Of a DNA stretch of 64,000 nt, positions 43,119 to 52,964 are shown one piece after another. The number at the start of each line of letters is the position of its first letter. Position 1 is the first letter of the stretch. This DNA comes from Verrucomicrobiaceae bacterium (GTDB lineage Bacteria > Verrucomicrobiota > Verrucomicrobiia > Verrucomicrobiales > Verrucomicrobiaceae), in the NCBI GenBank assembly GCA_947466075.1, contig CANIBP010000007.1, positions 9,272-73,271 of the forward strand, written 5' to 3'. Both the position numbers and the translations under genes were made by a program. The notes below the pieces were generated by a model that made no database searches, was not told where the DNA came from, and saw only the letters and a list, made by a program, of their open reading frames with translations.

Positions 43119-44738
43119 ATGAAGCCGATCACCATACTCATCACTACCGCGCTACTTGTCGCAAATGGGAACACGCTGCAGGCCGCATCAGCGGCTAAGC
43201 CAAACATCCTGCACATCCACGCCGATGATCACCGCGCCGACGGCGCACGGGCACTAGGCAATCCGATGCTCCAGACTCCCAATCTTGATTCGCTCGTCGA
43301 GAGGGGCATGACCTTCACGCATTGCTACACCATGGGTTCCAACATCGGAGCAGTCTGCGTTCCGAGTCGCACGATGATGCTCACGGGTCGTTCGTGGCAG
43401 CGCATTCCTGGCGCACCTGACGCAGCAGCCAATGCCAAGGAACCGACGACGTTTTTGCCACGTGTCATTCAGGCTGCTGGCTATCAAACCTTTCACATAG
43501 GCAAATATGGCAACGGCTTCCCTGCGGGTCTCGCAGAGTTTGAAACCACCATCAAAGACGATGCCCATGGCAAAGGAGCGGAGGAAGATCGTGCTCATTG
43601 CAGCCAACGTCTAGCCGACAACACGATCAAGTTCCTCAAAACACGCACAACATCACACGAAGAGAAGCCCTTCTACATCTACATCGCACCACCTGTGCCG
43701 CATGATCCACGCTCGGCTGAACCGCAGTTTCATGCGCTCTATGATGCCGCCAAGATCACTCTCTCTCCCGCATTTATGCCACAGCATCCCTTCGACAATG
43801 GTGAAATGACTGTGCGCGATGAAAAGCTTGCCCCATGGCCGCGCACCGAGGCAGATACGAAGCAGCAGAATGCCGATTATTACGCCTGCGTCACCGGACT
43901 CGATCATCACATCGGCCGCATCTTTGCCGAACTGAAAGCCAGTGGCCAGTGGGAGAATACGATCATCATTTTCAGCGCTGACAATGGACTCTCGCTTGGT
44001 GAGCACGGTTTGTTTGGAAAACAAAACCTCTATGAATTCGGCGGTATGCACGTGCCACTCATCATCGCAGGCCCAAGCATTCCGAAGGGCAAGAGTGAGG
44101 CGTTGGTTTATCTCATGGATTTGTTCCCGACCTTCGCAGATTTTGCAGGCACAAAGATCCCCGATGGTGTCGATGCCAAAAGCCTCGTCTCGATCCTGAA
44201 CGGCACGCAACCAAAGGTCCGCGATGTGATCTACACGGCCTACCGCGACTGCCAGCGCGCTATTCGCGACGATCGTTGGAAACTCATCCGCTATCCACTC
44301 GTGGATCGCACCCAACTTTTCGATCTCAGCAGCGATCCGCATGAGCTAACCAACCTCGCCGATAAACCCGAACACGCGGTAAAGGTTGCCGAGTTGACCG
44401 CATTGCTGACCAAAGAAATGGCTACCCATGCGGATAAGTCCCCACTCACAGTCGCCAATCCCAAGCCCGCTGAATGGACGCCGCCCGCGCCCGGTAACGA
44501 ACCCACCAAGCAAGCCAAGAAGAAGCCAGCAGACGGACAGGCAAACAATCGAATCAGAGTCGATAGCGCACTTCATTTTACCAATTGGGACACCAATAAA
44601 GACGATTTCGTGACGCTCGAAGAGTATCAGCTCGGCCAAAAGAAACGCAAAGGACTCGAAGCGGGCTTCAAAGCCTACGACAAGAATGCCGACGGCAAAT
44701 TGAGCCGCGAGGAGTATATAGATCCTCGGGCGAAATGA
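43119..44738 (+). CDS. sulfatase (Cys-type) with C-terminal EF-hand pair
   Basis: The start is at MKPITILITTALL. ILHIHADDHR, VCVPSRTMMLTGR and SADNGLSLGEHG. The C-terminus has WDTNKDDFVTLEEY and YDKNADGKLSREEY. Confidence 0.9.
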   Translation: MKPITILITTALLVANGNTLQAASAAKPNILHIHADDHRADGARALGNPMLQTPNLDSLVERGMTFTHCYTMGSNIGAVCVPSRTMMLTGRSWQRIPGAPDAAANAKEPTTFLPRVIQAAGYQTFHIGKYGNGFPAGLAEFETTIKDDAHGKGAEEDRAHCSQRLADNTIKFLKTRTTSHEEKPFYIYIAPPVPHDPRSAEPQFHALYDAAKITLSPAFMPQHPFDNGEMTVRDEKLAPWPRTEADTKQQNADYYACVTGLDHHIGRIFAELKASGQWENTIIIFSADNGLSLGEHGLFGKQNLYEFGGMHVPLIIAGPSIPKGKSEALVYLMDLFPTFADFAGTKIPDGVDAKSLVSILNGTQPKVRDVIYTAYRDCQRAIRDDRWKLIRYPLVDRTQLFDLSSDPHELTNLADKPEHAVKVAELTALLTKEMATHADKSPLTVANPKPAEWTPPAPGNEPTKQAKKKPADGQANNRIRVDSALHFTNWDTNKDDFVTLEEYQLGQKKRKGLEAGFKAYDKNADGKLSREEYIDPRAK

Positions 44739-44833
44739 AGAACAGGAAGAAGACGAACTGAGAAGCGGTGCCCAGGAATTGAAATGACCCAAGGCTGCAA
44801 GAAACACATCTTTGGCTTACTTATAAACTCACC

Positions 44834-46186
44834 ATGAAACGCCGTTCCTTTATCTCCACCTCCGCTGCCACTGCCTTTGGTTTTCAGTTTGTCCCCGCGC
44901 ATGTACTGCGCGCGCAAGGCGATACCAAAACACCTGCCAACAAGATTCGACTGGCTGTGGTCGGCTGTGGTGGTCGTGGCGCTGCTGATTTAGGCGACAT
45001 GGCGAGCGAGGACATCGTGGCAATGTGCGATGTGGATGAGCGGCGTGCGGCAGAGAGCTTTAAGAAATTCCCAAAAGCGCGGCGCTTCACCGATTTTCGC
45101 AAGATGTTCGATGCAATGAACAACGAAATCGACGCCGTGCTCGTCGCCACGCCGGATCACACGCACGCGGTGATCACGCTCGCGGCCATCGGTCATGGGA
45201 AGCATGTGTATTGCGAGAAGCCGCTGGCGCATACCATCGCAGAAGTGCGGGCAATGCGAAAGGCGGCGCTGGAGAAGAAGGTGATCACGCAGGTGGGCAA
45301 TCAGGGCCATTCGTCTGACAGTATTCGGCTGTTCGTGGAGATAGTGCAGTCAGGGGCCATCGGCAATGTGTCGGAGATTCACGCCGGCTGCGATGCCTTC
45401 CGCGACGTGTATTGCCAGATCAGCAAGCAGCAGGCGATGCAAGCGGAGAAGCATGAGATACCGAAGGAACTCGACTGGGACCTGTGGCAGGGGCCGCTGA
45501 AAACGCGGCCATTCAATCCTGCCTATGTGCCGTTTAGCTGGCGCGGCTTTTCGGCCTTCGGTAGCGGGTGCATTGGCGACTGGATCTGCCACGTCGTCGA
45601 TCCGTCGTTCTGGGCGCTCGATCTCGGCATGCCCACAGCGATCACGGCGGAAACGAAGGGCTATGATCCGGTCAAGAATGCCGAGTTTTACCCGCAGGGC
45701 ACGCGCATCACGTATGAGTTCCCGGCGAAGGACAATCGTGGGCCGGTGAAGCTGATCTGGCACGATGGCGACTTTGGCATCCCGGCACCTGATGAACTCA
45801 AACAGGACAACCGCAAGGTCGTCGGCACCGGCGCGGTGGTGATCGGTGACAAAGGCAAGATCATGCATGGCTCGCATGGTGCGGGTGGCACGCGCCTGAT
45901 TCCCGAGGCGAGCATGAAGGACTTCAAGCTGCCGGAGAAGACGATTCCGCGTGTGCCGAAGGGCAATCATCAGCAAGACTGGCTCAACGCCATCCGCGAG
46001 AACCGGCCAGCGGGCTCGAGCTTTGAATACGGCGGTGCTTTGAGCGAGATCGGCCTGCTTGGTATGATCGCCGTTCGCCGCAGCGGCACACGTTTAGAGT
46101 GGAACAGTGAGGCGATGAAGTTCACGAATGACAACGAAGCGAACACGCTGCTGAAGCCGGAATATCGCGAGGGGTGGAGCTTGTAG
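44834..46186 (+). CDS. Tat-exported Gfo/Idh/MocA-family NAD-binding oxidoreductase (GH109-like architecture)
   Basis: MKRRSFISTSAATAFG twin-arginine signal. VVGCGGRGAAD Rossmann motif and EKPLAH. The GH109 suggestion rests only on this architecture. Confidence 0.85.
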   Translation: MKRRSFISTSAATAFGFQFVPAHVLRAQGDTKTPANKIRLAVVGCGGRGAADLGDMASEDIVAMCDVDERRAAESFKKFPKARRFTDFRKMFDAMNNEIDAVLVATPDHTHAVITLAAIGHGKHVYCEKPLAHTIAEVRAMRKAALEKKVITQVGNQGHSSDSIRLFVEIVQSGAIGNVSEIHAGCDAFRDVYCQISKQQAMQAEKHEIPKELDWDLWQGPLKTRPFNPAYVPFSWRGFSAFGSGCIGDWICHVVDPSFWALDLGMPTAITAETKGYDPVKNAEFYPQGTRITYEFPAKDNRGPVKLIWHDGDFGIPAPDELKQDNRKVVGTGAVVIGDKGKIMHGSHGAGGTRLIPEASMKDFKLPEKTIPRVPKGNHQQDWLNAIRENRPAGSSFEYGGALSEIGLLGMIAVRRSGTRLEWNSEAMKFTNDNEANTLLKPEYREGWSL

Positions 46187-46247
46187 CTGATTCGGTGAAA
46201 GAGGGCGCCCTTGGAGTGGGTAATGTTTTTAGCCACTAAATCCCCCC

Positions 46248-48578
46248 ATGGCTGCGAAATCCCCCAAAACTCCTTTTCCATGGCCTGCGCTGTGGATGCT
46301 AATGACGTGCGCCTTTGCGGCACCGGCGCAGCATCCTGGCGCAGCGATTTACCAGAAGCTCTGCGCAGAGTGCCATGGGGATCGTGGACAGGGTGTGGAG
46401 GATGAATACGATGAAGCGCTAGTCGGCGAGAAGACCATCGAGGCGCTGGCCCGGCAGATCGACCGCACGATGCCGGAGGATGCGCCGCAGAAGAGCACGC
46501 CGAAAGATTCCAAACTGATCGCGGAGTACATTTACGATGCCTTTTACTCGCCGATGGCCCAGGCGCGCCTGAATCCAGCGAAGAAGGAACTGGCGCGGCT
46601 AACGATCGACCAGTTCCGCAACAGCGTGATGGATGTGATCGGCCGTTTTCGCATGGGGCCGGGCTTTGACCGTCCGGTGAACGCGGAGCAGGGCCTGAAG
46701 GCGACTTACCGCGGTGTGGAGCTGCCGAAACCGGGCGAGAAGGCCGTGGACACAACACCCAAGAAGGGCATCAAGGCGAAGCGCCCGAACAAGACGATCG
46801 AGAAGGTGGAGCCGGTGATTTCCTTTCACTGGGGTCCAGACAGCCCGGACAAGGCGGTGCTGGAGGCGGAGCAGTTTCAAAACCGCTTCGAGGGCAGCGT
46901 GGTGGCGAATGAGACGGGCGTGTATGAGTTCGCGGTGAAGTCAGAGAATGGCTTCCGCTTGTGGATCAATGACACGAACGAGGGAGATGCGCTGATCGAT
47001 GGCTGGGTGAGCGCCGGGCCGCAGGTGCGGGAGGAGAAGAAGAGCCTCTATCTGGTTGGCGGCCGTGCCTACCGGCTGCAATTGGAGCATTTCAAATTCA
47101 AAGAGAAGTCCGCGTCCATCGAGCTGTGGTGGAAGACGCCGCATGGCGTGAAGGAGCTGATCCCCGCGCATGCACTGCGCACGGAGCGCACCCGCGAGCT
47201 GATGATCGTGAGTACGGAATTCCCCGCTGATGACAGCAGCGGCGGCTATCCACGCGGCACGACGATTTCAAAGGCCTGGGACCAGGCGGTGACGGATGCG
47301 GCCATCGCCACGGCGGAGCATGTAGTTGAAAACCTTGACGAACTTGCGCAGACGAAGGCGGCAGCGCCGGATCGCGGCGAGAAGCTGCGCAAGTTCGCGA
47401 ACACGTTCGTCGAGGCCGTCTTCTGCAGGCCGTTGAGCGAGGACATGAAGCAACTTTTCATCGAATCGCATTTCAAAGCGGCCAAGACGCCGGAGACGGC
47501 GGTCAAGCGCATCGTGATGCTGACGCTAAAGTCGCCGCAGTTTTTGTATCCGAACCTGCGCGAAGACGAAGCCACGGATGATTTTGACGCGGCTTCACGG
47601 CTGGCGCTGACGCTGTGGGATTCGATTCCTGACAAGAAGCTCGCGCAGACCGCCGCAGCGGGAAAACTCAAGACGCGCGAGCAAATCCAGGCTGAGGCCC
47701 GGCGGATGCTCGCGGACTCGCGCACGAAGGCAAAGCTGCATGGCTTCTTCCACCAGTGGCTGGATCTGGAACGCGCCGAGGGCACCAACAAGGACCCGAA
47801 GATCTTCCCGGACTTCACACCCGAACTGCTGGCAGACTTGCGCGAGTCGCTGTTGCAATTCATCGACGAGGTTGTGTGGAGCGAGAAGTCCGACTACCGC
47901 GAGCTGCTTCAAGCGGATTACTTGTTGCTCAACGAGCGCCTAGGCAAATTCTACGGCCATCCGGTCACGGGTGAGGAATTTCAGCGTGTGGGCTTTGATC
48001 CGAAGCAGCGGGCGGGCGTGGTCACGCATCCGTATCTGCTCGCCTCGCTCGCTTACACGAAGCAGTCGTCGCCGGTGCATCGCGGCGTGTTTTTGACGCG
48101 CAACATCGTCGGCATGTCACTGAAGCCGCCGATGAAGGCGGTGGTGTTTGAAGACAGCCACTTCAATCCGCAGCTCACGATGCGCGAGAAGATCACCGAG
48201 ATGACACGCAGCGGCGGCTGCATGGCCTGCCACAGCATGATCAATCCACTCGGTTTCAGCCTTGAGAATTTCGACGCCGTGGGCCGCTGGCGCACGAAGG
48301 ACAACAACAAGCCAGTCAACCCCGTGGGCGAACTCACGACTGCGGAGGGCAAGACCGTGCGGCTCACCGGGCCGCGCGACATCGTGAACTACGTCGCGAA
48401 CAACCCCAGCGGTCACCGCGCCTTCATCCGGCATCTGTTTCATCACCTCATCAAACAGGAACCTTCCGCGTATGGCATTGCCACGCTTGAAAACCTCCAG
48501 CGCGACTTCGCCGCCAACAACTGCAACATCCAAAAGCTCATCCTCGACATCGCCATCGTCGCGACTGAGTTGAAGTAA
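46248..48578 (+). CDS. DUF1587/DUF1592/DUF1595/DUF1588/DUF1585-type protein with CxxCH haem motif and PA14-like insert
   Basis: CAECHGD near the N-terminus. A PA14-like segment (GVYEFAVKSENGFRLWIND...YRLQLEHF). C-terminal GGCMACHSMINPLGFSLENFD, typical of this PVC family. Confidence 0.85.
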   Translation: MAAKSPKTPFPWPALWMLMTCAFAAPAQHPGAAIYQKLCAECHGDRGQGVEDEYDEALVGEKTIEALARQIDRTMPEDAPQKSTPKDSKLIAEYIYDAFYSPMAQARLNPAKKELARLTIDQFRNSVMDVIGRFRMGPGFDRPVNAEQGLKATYRGVELPKPGEKAVDTTPKKGIKAKRPNKTIEKVEPVISFHWGPDSPDKAVLEAEQFQNRFEGSVVANETGVYEFAVKSENGFRLWINDTNEGDALIDGWVSAGPQVREEKKSLYLVGGRAYRLQLEHFKFKEKSASIELWWKTPHGVKELIPAHALRTERTRELMIVSTEFPADDSSGGYPRGTTISKAWDQAVTDAAIATAEHVVENLDELAQTKAAAPDRGEKLRKFANTFVEAVFCRPLSEDMKQLFIESHFKAAKTPETAVKRIVMLTLKSPQFLYPNLREDEATDDFDAASRLALTLWDSIPDKKLAQTAAAGKLKTREQIQAEARRMLADSRTKAKLHGFFHQWLDLERAEGTNKDPKIFPDFTPELLADLRESLLQFIDEVVWSEKSDYRELLQADYLLLNERLGKFYGHPVTGEEFQRVGFDPKQRAGVVTHPYLLASLAYTKQSSPVHRGVFLTRNIVGMSLKPPMKAVVFEDSHFNPQLTMREKITEMTRSGGCMACHSMINPLGFSLENFDAVGRWRTKDNNKPVNPVGELTTAEGKTVRLTGPRDIVNYVANNPSGHRAFIRHLFHHLIKQEPSAYGIATLENLQRDFAANNCNIQKLILDIAIVATELK

Positions 48579-48597
48579 CCTACATCGCACCACCTTC

Positions 48598-49917
48598 ATG
48601 AAACACCTCGACCGCCGCCAATTCCTCCGCGACCTCGGTATCTCCGCTGGGGCGCTGCCGTTTCTCACCGGCCTGCCAAGCCTCACCGGCGCTCCCGCTC
48701 CGCAAAAGCGCCAGCGGCTCGTGATCATGTTTTCGCCAAACGGCACGCTGCCAAACGAGTTCTGGCCCGACCAGGAAGGCGCGGAGTTCAGCTTCAAGTC
48801 GATCCTCAAGCCGCTGGAGCCCTTCAAGAAGCAGATGCTGATCCTCCACGGCATCGCCAACAAGGTGACGGGCGATGGCGACAGCCACATGCGCGGCATG
48901 AGCTGCCTGCTGACCTGCGACGAACTGCTCAAAGGCAACATCATGGGCGGCGGCGGCAATCCTGCCGGCTGGGCCAGCAACATCTCCATCGACCAGGAGA
49001 TCAAAAACTTCCTCCAGAGCCGCAAGGAGACGAAAACGCGCTTCGGCTCGCTCGAATTCGGCGTCGCCGTGCCGGAGCGTGCCGATCCGTGGACGCGCAT
49101 GAGTTACGCCGGTGGCAACCAGCCCATCGCGCCCATCGACGATCCGCATCAGATTTTGAAGAAGGTGTACGGCAAGATGAAGGACAAGGAGAGCCTCGTG
49201 AGCATCCTCGATGACGTGCGCGAGGACTTGAAGCGCGTCTCCTCCAAGCTCAGCGCTCGCGACAAGGCGCTGCTCGACCAGCACATGACGCTGGTGCGCG
49301 GATTGGAGCAGGATCTGGCGGAGGCGGACAAGCAGGGCAAGCTGCTGCACCCCGTGCCGGCCGTCGATCCCAGCATCGAACTCGTGAACGACAACACGCC
49401 GCAGATCAGCCGCATCCAGATCGACCTGCTGGTCAATTCGCTCTCCAACGACATGGCCCGCGTGGCCACGCTGCAATACATGCGCAGCGTCGGCATGGCC
49501 CAGATGCGCTGGCTCGGCGTCGAGGAGGGCCACCACAGCCTCTCGCACGATCCGGACGACAAGAAGGACAGCTACGAGAAGCTCATGAAGATCAACACCT
49601 GGTTCGCCGGTGAGTTTGCCTACATGGCCAAACGCCTCGCCGAAACGCCGGAGCCCGCCGGTGAAGGCAGCATGCTCGACAACACGCTGCTGGTGTGGAC
49701 CAACGAACTCGGCAAAGGCAACACGCACACGCTCGACAACATCCCCTACGTCATGGTCGGCGGCGGATTCGGCTTCAAGATGGGCCGCTCGCTTAAATTC
49801 GACAAAGCAGCGCACAACCGCCTCTGGATGTCCGTCGCGCATGCAATGGGCCACGATTTGAAGACCTTCGGCAAGAAGGAGCTGTGCGAAGGCGGGGCTT
49901 TGAATCTGGCAGCGTGA
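48598..49917 (+). CDS. DUF1552 protein, Tat signal
   Basis: MKHLDRRQFLRDLGISAGALPFL. The usual partner of the DUF1592-type gene upstream. HHSLSHD block. Confidence 0.85.
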   Translation: MKHLDRRQFLRDLGISAGALPFLTGLPSLTGAPAPQKRQRLVIMFSPNGTLPNEFWPDQEGAEFSFKSILKPLEPFKKQMLILHGIANKVTGDGDSHMRGMSCLLTCDELLKGNIMGGGGNPAGWASNISIDQEIKNFLQSRKETKTRFGSLEFGVAVPERADPWTRMSYAGGNQPIAPIDDPHQILKKVYGKMKDKESLVSILDDVREDLKRVSSKLSARDKALLDQHMTLVRGLEQDLAEADKQGKLLHPVPAVDPSIELVNDNTPQISRIQIDLLVNSLSNDMARVATLQYMRSVGMAQMRWLGVEEGHHSLSHDPDDKKDSYEKLMKINTWFAGEFAYMAKRLAETPEPAGEGSMLDNTLLVWTNELGKGNTHTLDNIPYVMVGGGFGFKMGRSLKFDKAAHNRLWMSVAHAMGHDLKTFGKKELCEGGALNLAA

Positions 49918-49962
49918 ATCATCATTTGCCTCGGTTCGTTGTTCCTCTAGCCTTGCGGATCT

Positions 49963-51399
49963 ATGAGCGATCCAACCCGCAGCCCCGAGAGCATCGAAAC
50001 ATCGTTTGCCCCTTTTCGTCAGAAAATGCAGGCCGCTGGCCTTAGCGAGTCTGCCATTCGAGCTTTTCGCGGTAGTTACGCGGCCTTACTGGCCGGTGAG
50101 ACGGGGATGATCCCGGAGAGCACCATTGCCGCAGCGAAAGAGCTGCCTTGTGCCGATACGCTCACTCCGCCGGATGCCGCACGCGCGGCGACACTGCTGA
50201 AGCAAACCGTGCTCATCAAGCTCAACGGCGGCCTCGGCACAGGCATGGGTTTGGAGAAGGCCAAGTCGCTACTGCCGGTGCGTGGCGACGACACGTTTCT
50301 CGATTTGATCGCGCGGCAAATTCTCCGCATGCGCGCTCAGACCGGCAGCCAAGTTCCTTTGTTCATGCTCATGAACAGCTTCAGCACCTCGGCGGACACG
50401 GCGGCGCATCTCGCAGCGAGATTCCCTCAACTCGGTGGAACGGAGACCTGGGAACTCATGCAGAATAAGGTTCCCAAGGTGCTGGCTGGTTCACTTGAGC
50501 CTGCGACTTGGTCGGCTAATCCTGATCAAGAATGGTGCCCGCCAGGTCATGGTGACATTTATGCGTGCTTGGTTGGTTCTGGCTGGCTGGATCGCCTGCT
50601 CGGCGGTGGTGTGCGCTATGCATTTGTGTCAAACTCGGACAATCTCGGTGCCACGCTCGATCCGGCGATCTTGGCTTGGTTTGCCGACAGCGGCATGCCT
50701 TTTGCCATGGAAGTCACTCGTCGAACGGAGTCGGATAAGAAGGGTGGTCATCTCGCGGTGCGGTTGCGTGATGGACGCTTCCTGCTGCGTGAGTCCGCGC
50801 AATGCCCGAAGGACGATGAGAGTCATTTCCAAAACATTGATCTCCATCGCTACTTCAACACAAACAACCTGTGGATTGATCTCCAAGCGCTCAAGATCGC
50901 GCTCGAAGCGAACGAGGGCCTCATCCCGCTGCCGCCGATCATGAACAAGAAGACGGTCGATCCACGCGATAGCAGTTCACCTGCGGTCATCCAAGTGGAG
51001 ACGGCGATGGGCGCAGCGATCGAATGCTTTGCCGGCGCTGGTGCCATTGAAGTATCGCGAGTGCGCTTTGCCCCAGTGAAAACCACGAGCGATCTACTGG
51101 CTGTGCGTTCCGATGCCTACGAGCTCACCGAAGACTTCTGCCTGTGTCTGCACCCCAGCCGCAACGGTCAACCACCGCATCTACATCTCGATCAAAAGCT
51201 CTGCAAACTGGTGGATGGCCTGGAGCAGAACTTTCCGCTCACACCGAGTCTATTACACTGTCACAGCCTGCTAGTGCATGGCCCAGTCGAATGTGGCGCG
51301 GGTGTCGTCTTCAAAGGCGATGCTGTGATTCACAATCACACAGGCACAGCAGTGAAGCTCAAAGCCGGTGTGCATGAAGGACAGATCAGCGTGGATTGA
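49963..51399 (+). CDS. UDPGP-family (eukaryote-type) UTP--glucose-1-phosphate uridylyltransferase
   Basis: KLNGGLGTGMGLEKAKSLLPV, NSFSTSADT, PPGHGDIY and NSDNLGA blocks of the UDPGP (PF01704-type) family. This is not the GalU type. Confidence 0.85.
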   Translation: MSDPTRSPESIETSFAPFRQKMQAAGLSESAIRAFRGSYAALLAGETGMIPESTIAAAKELPCADTLTPPDAARAATLLKQTVLIKLNGGLGTGMGLEKAKSLLPVRGDDTFLDLIARQILRMRAQTGSQVPLFMLMNSFSTSADTAAHLAARFPQLGGTETWELMQNKVPKVLAGSLEPATWSANPDQEWCPPGHGDIYACLVGSGWLDRLLGGGVRYAFVSNSDNLGATLDPAILAWFADSGMPFAMEVTRRTESDKKGGHLAVRLRDGRFLLRESAQCPKDDESHFQNIDLHRYFNTNNLWIDLQALKIALEANEGLIPLPPIMNKKTVDPRDSSSPAVIQVETAMGAAIECFAGAGAIEVSRVRFAPVKTTSDLLAVRSDAYELTEDFCLCLHPSRNGQPPHLHLDQKLCKLVDGLEQNFPLTPSLLHCHSLLVHGPVECGAGVVFKGDAVIHNHTGTAVKLKAGVHEGQISVD

Positions 51400-51426
51400 T
51401 CTTTGCTGCCAAAGAAACATCAATCC
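51393..51426. terminator. imperfect hairpin spanning both stop codons of convergent genes (candidate bidirectional terminator)
   Basis: ggattgat-ctttg-ctgc-caaag-(aaac bulge)-atcaatcc. This gives 13 bp in total. There is no flanking U/T tract, hence the low confidence. Confidence 0.3.
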
Positions 51427-52958
51427 AGCGAGCGCTTTGGCGGTGCGATGGTGACAGCCGCAGCAGCACCCGCTTTGGCACGAGCCGCAGTGGGAGCGAG
51501 ACGTTGAACCTCGTAGCCAGTCACATTTAGAGCGAGATCTAGTTTGGCAAGAAATTCCCAGGTAGCGGCGACACCGACTTCGTCGGCGAGTTTACGAGCT
51601 TCAAGATAGGCCGAAAAAGCATCCGGCATAACTTGGAAAACGGCGACACCATTAGGATCTGCCTTGATGTCGCGCATGAGGCGGATGTAGGCAGAGTTAG
51701 GCTGTTTCATGGCTTCAATGGTCTCCCCGCCGCCGCCTTTGGGTGTGAGAGCCAGCTGCACATAGGGCAAGGTGGGTATGATTTTCGGTTCCATGGCATA
51801 CGAGCCAGAAATGAGCGGATTGGAGGCAGCACGTTGCAGCAGTGCTTGAATTCGCGCGGCATCGTAGATGGTACGTGCCTTGCTGATGTTCTCGATACCT
51901 TTGACCTTACCGAGATCGTGGAAGTAGTCGGTGACATCCTTCGGTGTGGCCTTCACCTCTTTGGACAACGCACCCCATGAAAAAGTGATCTTATTACCTG
52001 CCGCGACGGCTTTGATCACAGGCGTCAAAGGATCGCGGGAGGGGTCGAGTTTGATCCACTTGGAAACATCTCCCTTCGCAGCAGCCGCGACAGCTTCAGC
52101 AACGACGGGCAAAGGCTGACGAGTCGGCACAGCGATGTCGGTAAGCGCGGCGAGAAGCTGCTTCGTGGGAACAATTCCACCGTCTGACAATGCTTTATAA
52201 GCCTGCGCGGCCAGCTCCATCTGCACTCGATCGACCAATGGCGCGATTTCAGGCCAGGCTTTCTGAGCATTGGCAGGCGAACCTAGAATGCCTTCGAGCA
52301 GTTTGGCAAAGGTCGGGTATTCCACTTTCTGGAATTCGAGCTGTGACTTCACCTTCTCCATGCCGTCGAGGATGGGTTGAAGGAACTTAGTTTGATTGAA
52401 GGTGAGCACGCCTTGTTTGGCGACGAGGATACGCGTTTCGACCGGCTTTTCAGGATAGGGGCGCGGATTGGGCAGGCGCACATAGGTTGGCGGCGGTGGC
52501 TTGAACTCCGGCGTCTGATCGAGCAATGCCTTCAAACGTTCCAACTCTTGCAGCATCTTGTCGGTCTCCGCCTTGGCCAGTTCACGTTCCTTCTGGCGGT
52601 CTTCGAGCTGCTTTTTGAAAACATCGAGGTCCATGAATTTCATCTTGGACTGCATCTCGGAGGTATCGACGGTCTTGAGGTCTTCGATGGCTTTTTTAAG
52701 CGCGGCCTCGGCCTGTTTTTGCTTTTCCTTGATCTCCTCGGGAGTCAGGAGCTTGGGCAACTCTTTGACCTGCTGGGTGATCTCCTTGAGTTCTTCAGGA
52801 GTGACCGGCGGCAGGTCAGAGAGCACTTTCTTGACGGCGCTGGTCACGCTGAGACCGACCATGACGAGCACGATGATGAGTACGCCGACGACGTTGGTCA
52901 TCGTGTCCATCAAGGCAACGAACGGCAACTCCTGCTCCTCGTGTTTGCGTTTCGACAT
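51420..52958 (-). CDS. ExbD/TolR-like single-pass membrane protein with long coiled coil and large periplasmic region (512 aa)
   Basis: N-terminus MSKRKHEEQELPFVALMDTMTNVVGVLIIVLVMV (basic stretch, then a TM with a central Asp18). ~110 aa of K/E/Q-rich heptads. The C-terminal GVAVFQVMPDAFSAYLEARKLADEVG resembles the ExbD C-domain. Confidence 0.7.
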   Translation of the reverse strand: MSKRKHEEQELPFVALMDTMTNVVGVLIIVLVMVGLSVTSAVKKVLSDLPPVTPEELKEITQQVKELPKLLTPEEIKEKQKQAEAALKKAIEDLKTVDTSEMQSKMKFMDLDVFKKQLEDRQKERELAKAETDKMLQELERLKALLDQTPEFKPPPPTYVRLPNPRPYPEKPVETRILVAKQGVLTFNQTKFLQPILDGMEKVKSQLEFQKVEYPTFAKLLEGILGSPANAQKAWPEIAPLVDRVQMELAAQAYKALSDGGIVPTKQLLAALTDIAVPTRQPLPVVAEAVAAAAKGDVSKWIKLDPSRDPLTPVIKAVAAGNKITFSWGALSKEVKATPKDVTDYFHDLGKVKGIENISKARTIYDAARIQALLQRAASNPLISGSYAMEPKIIPTLPYVQLALTPKGGGGETIEAMKQPNSAYIRLMRDIKADPNGVAVFQVMPDAFSAYLEARKLADEVGVAATWEFLAKLDLALNVTGYEVQRLAPTAARAKAGAAAAVTIAPPKRSLD

Positions 52959-52964
52959 AGTGGG

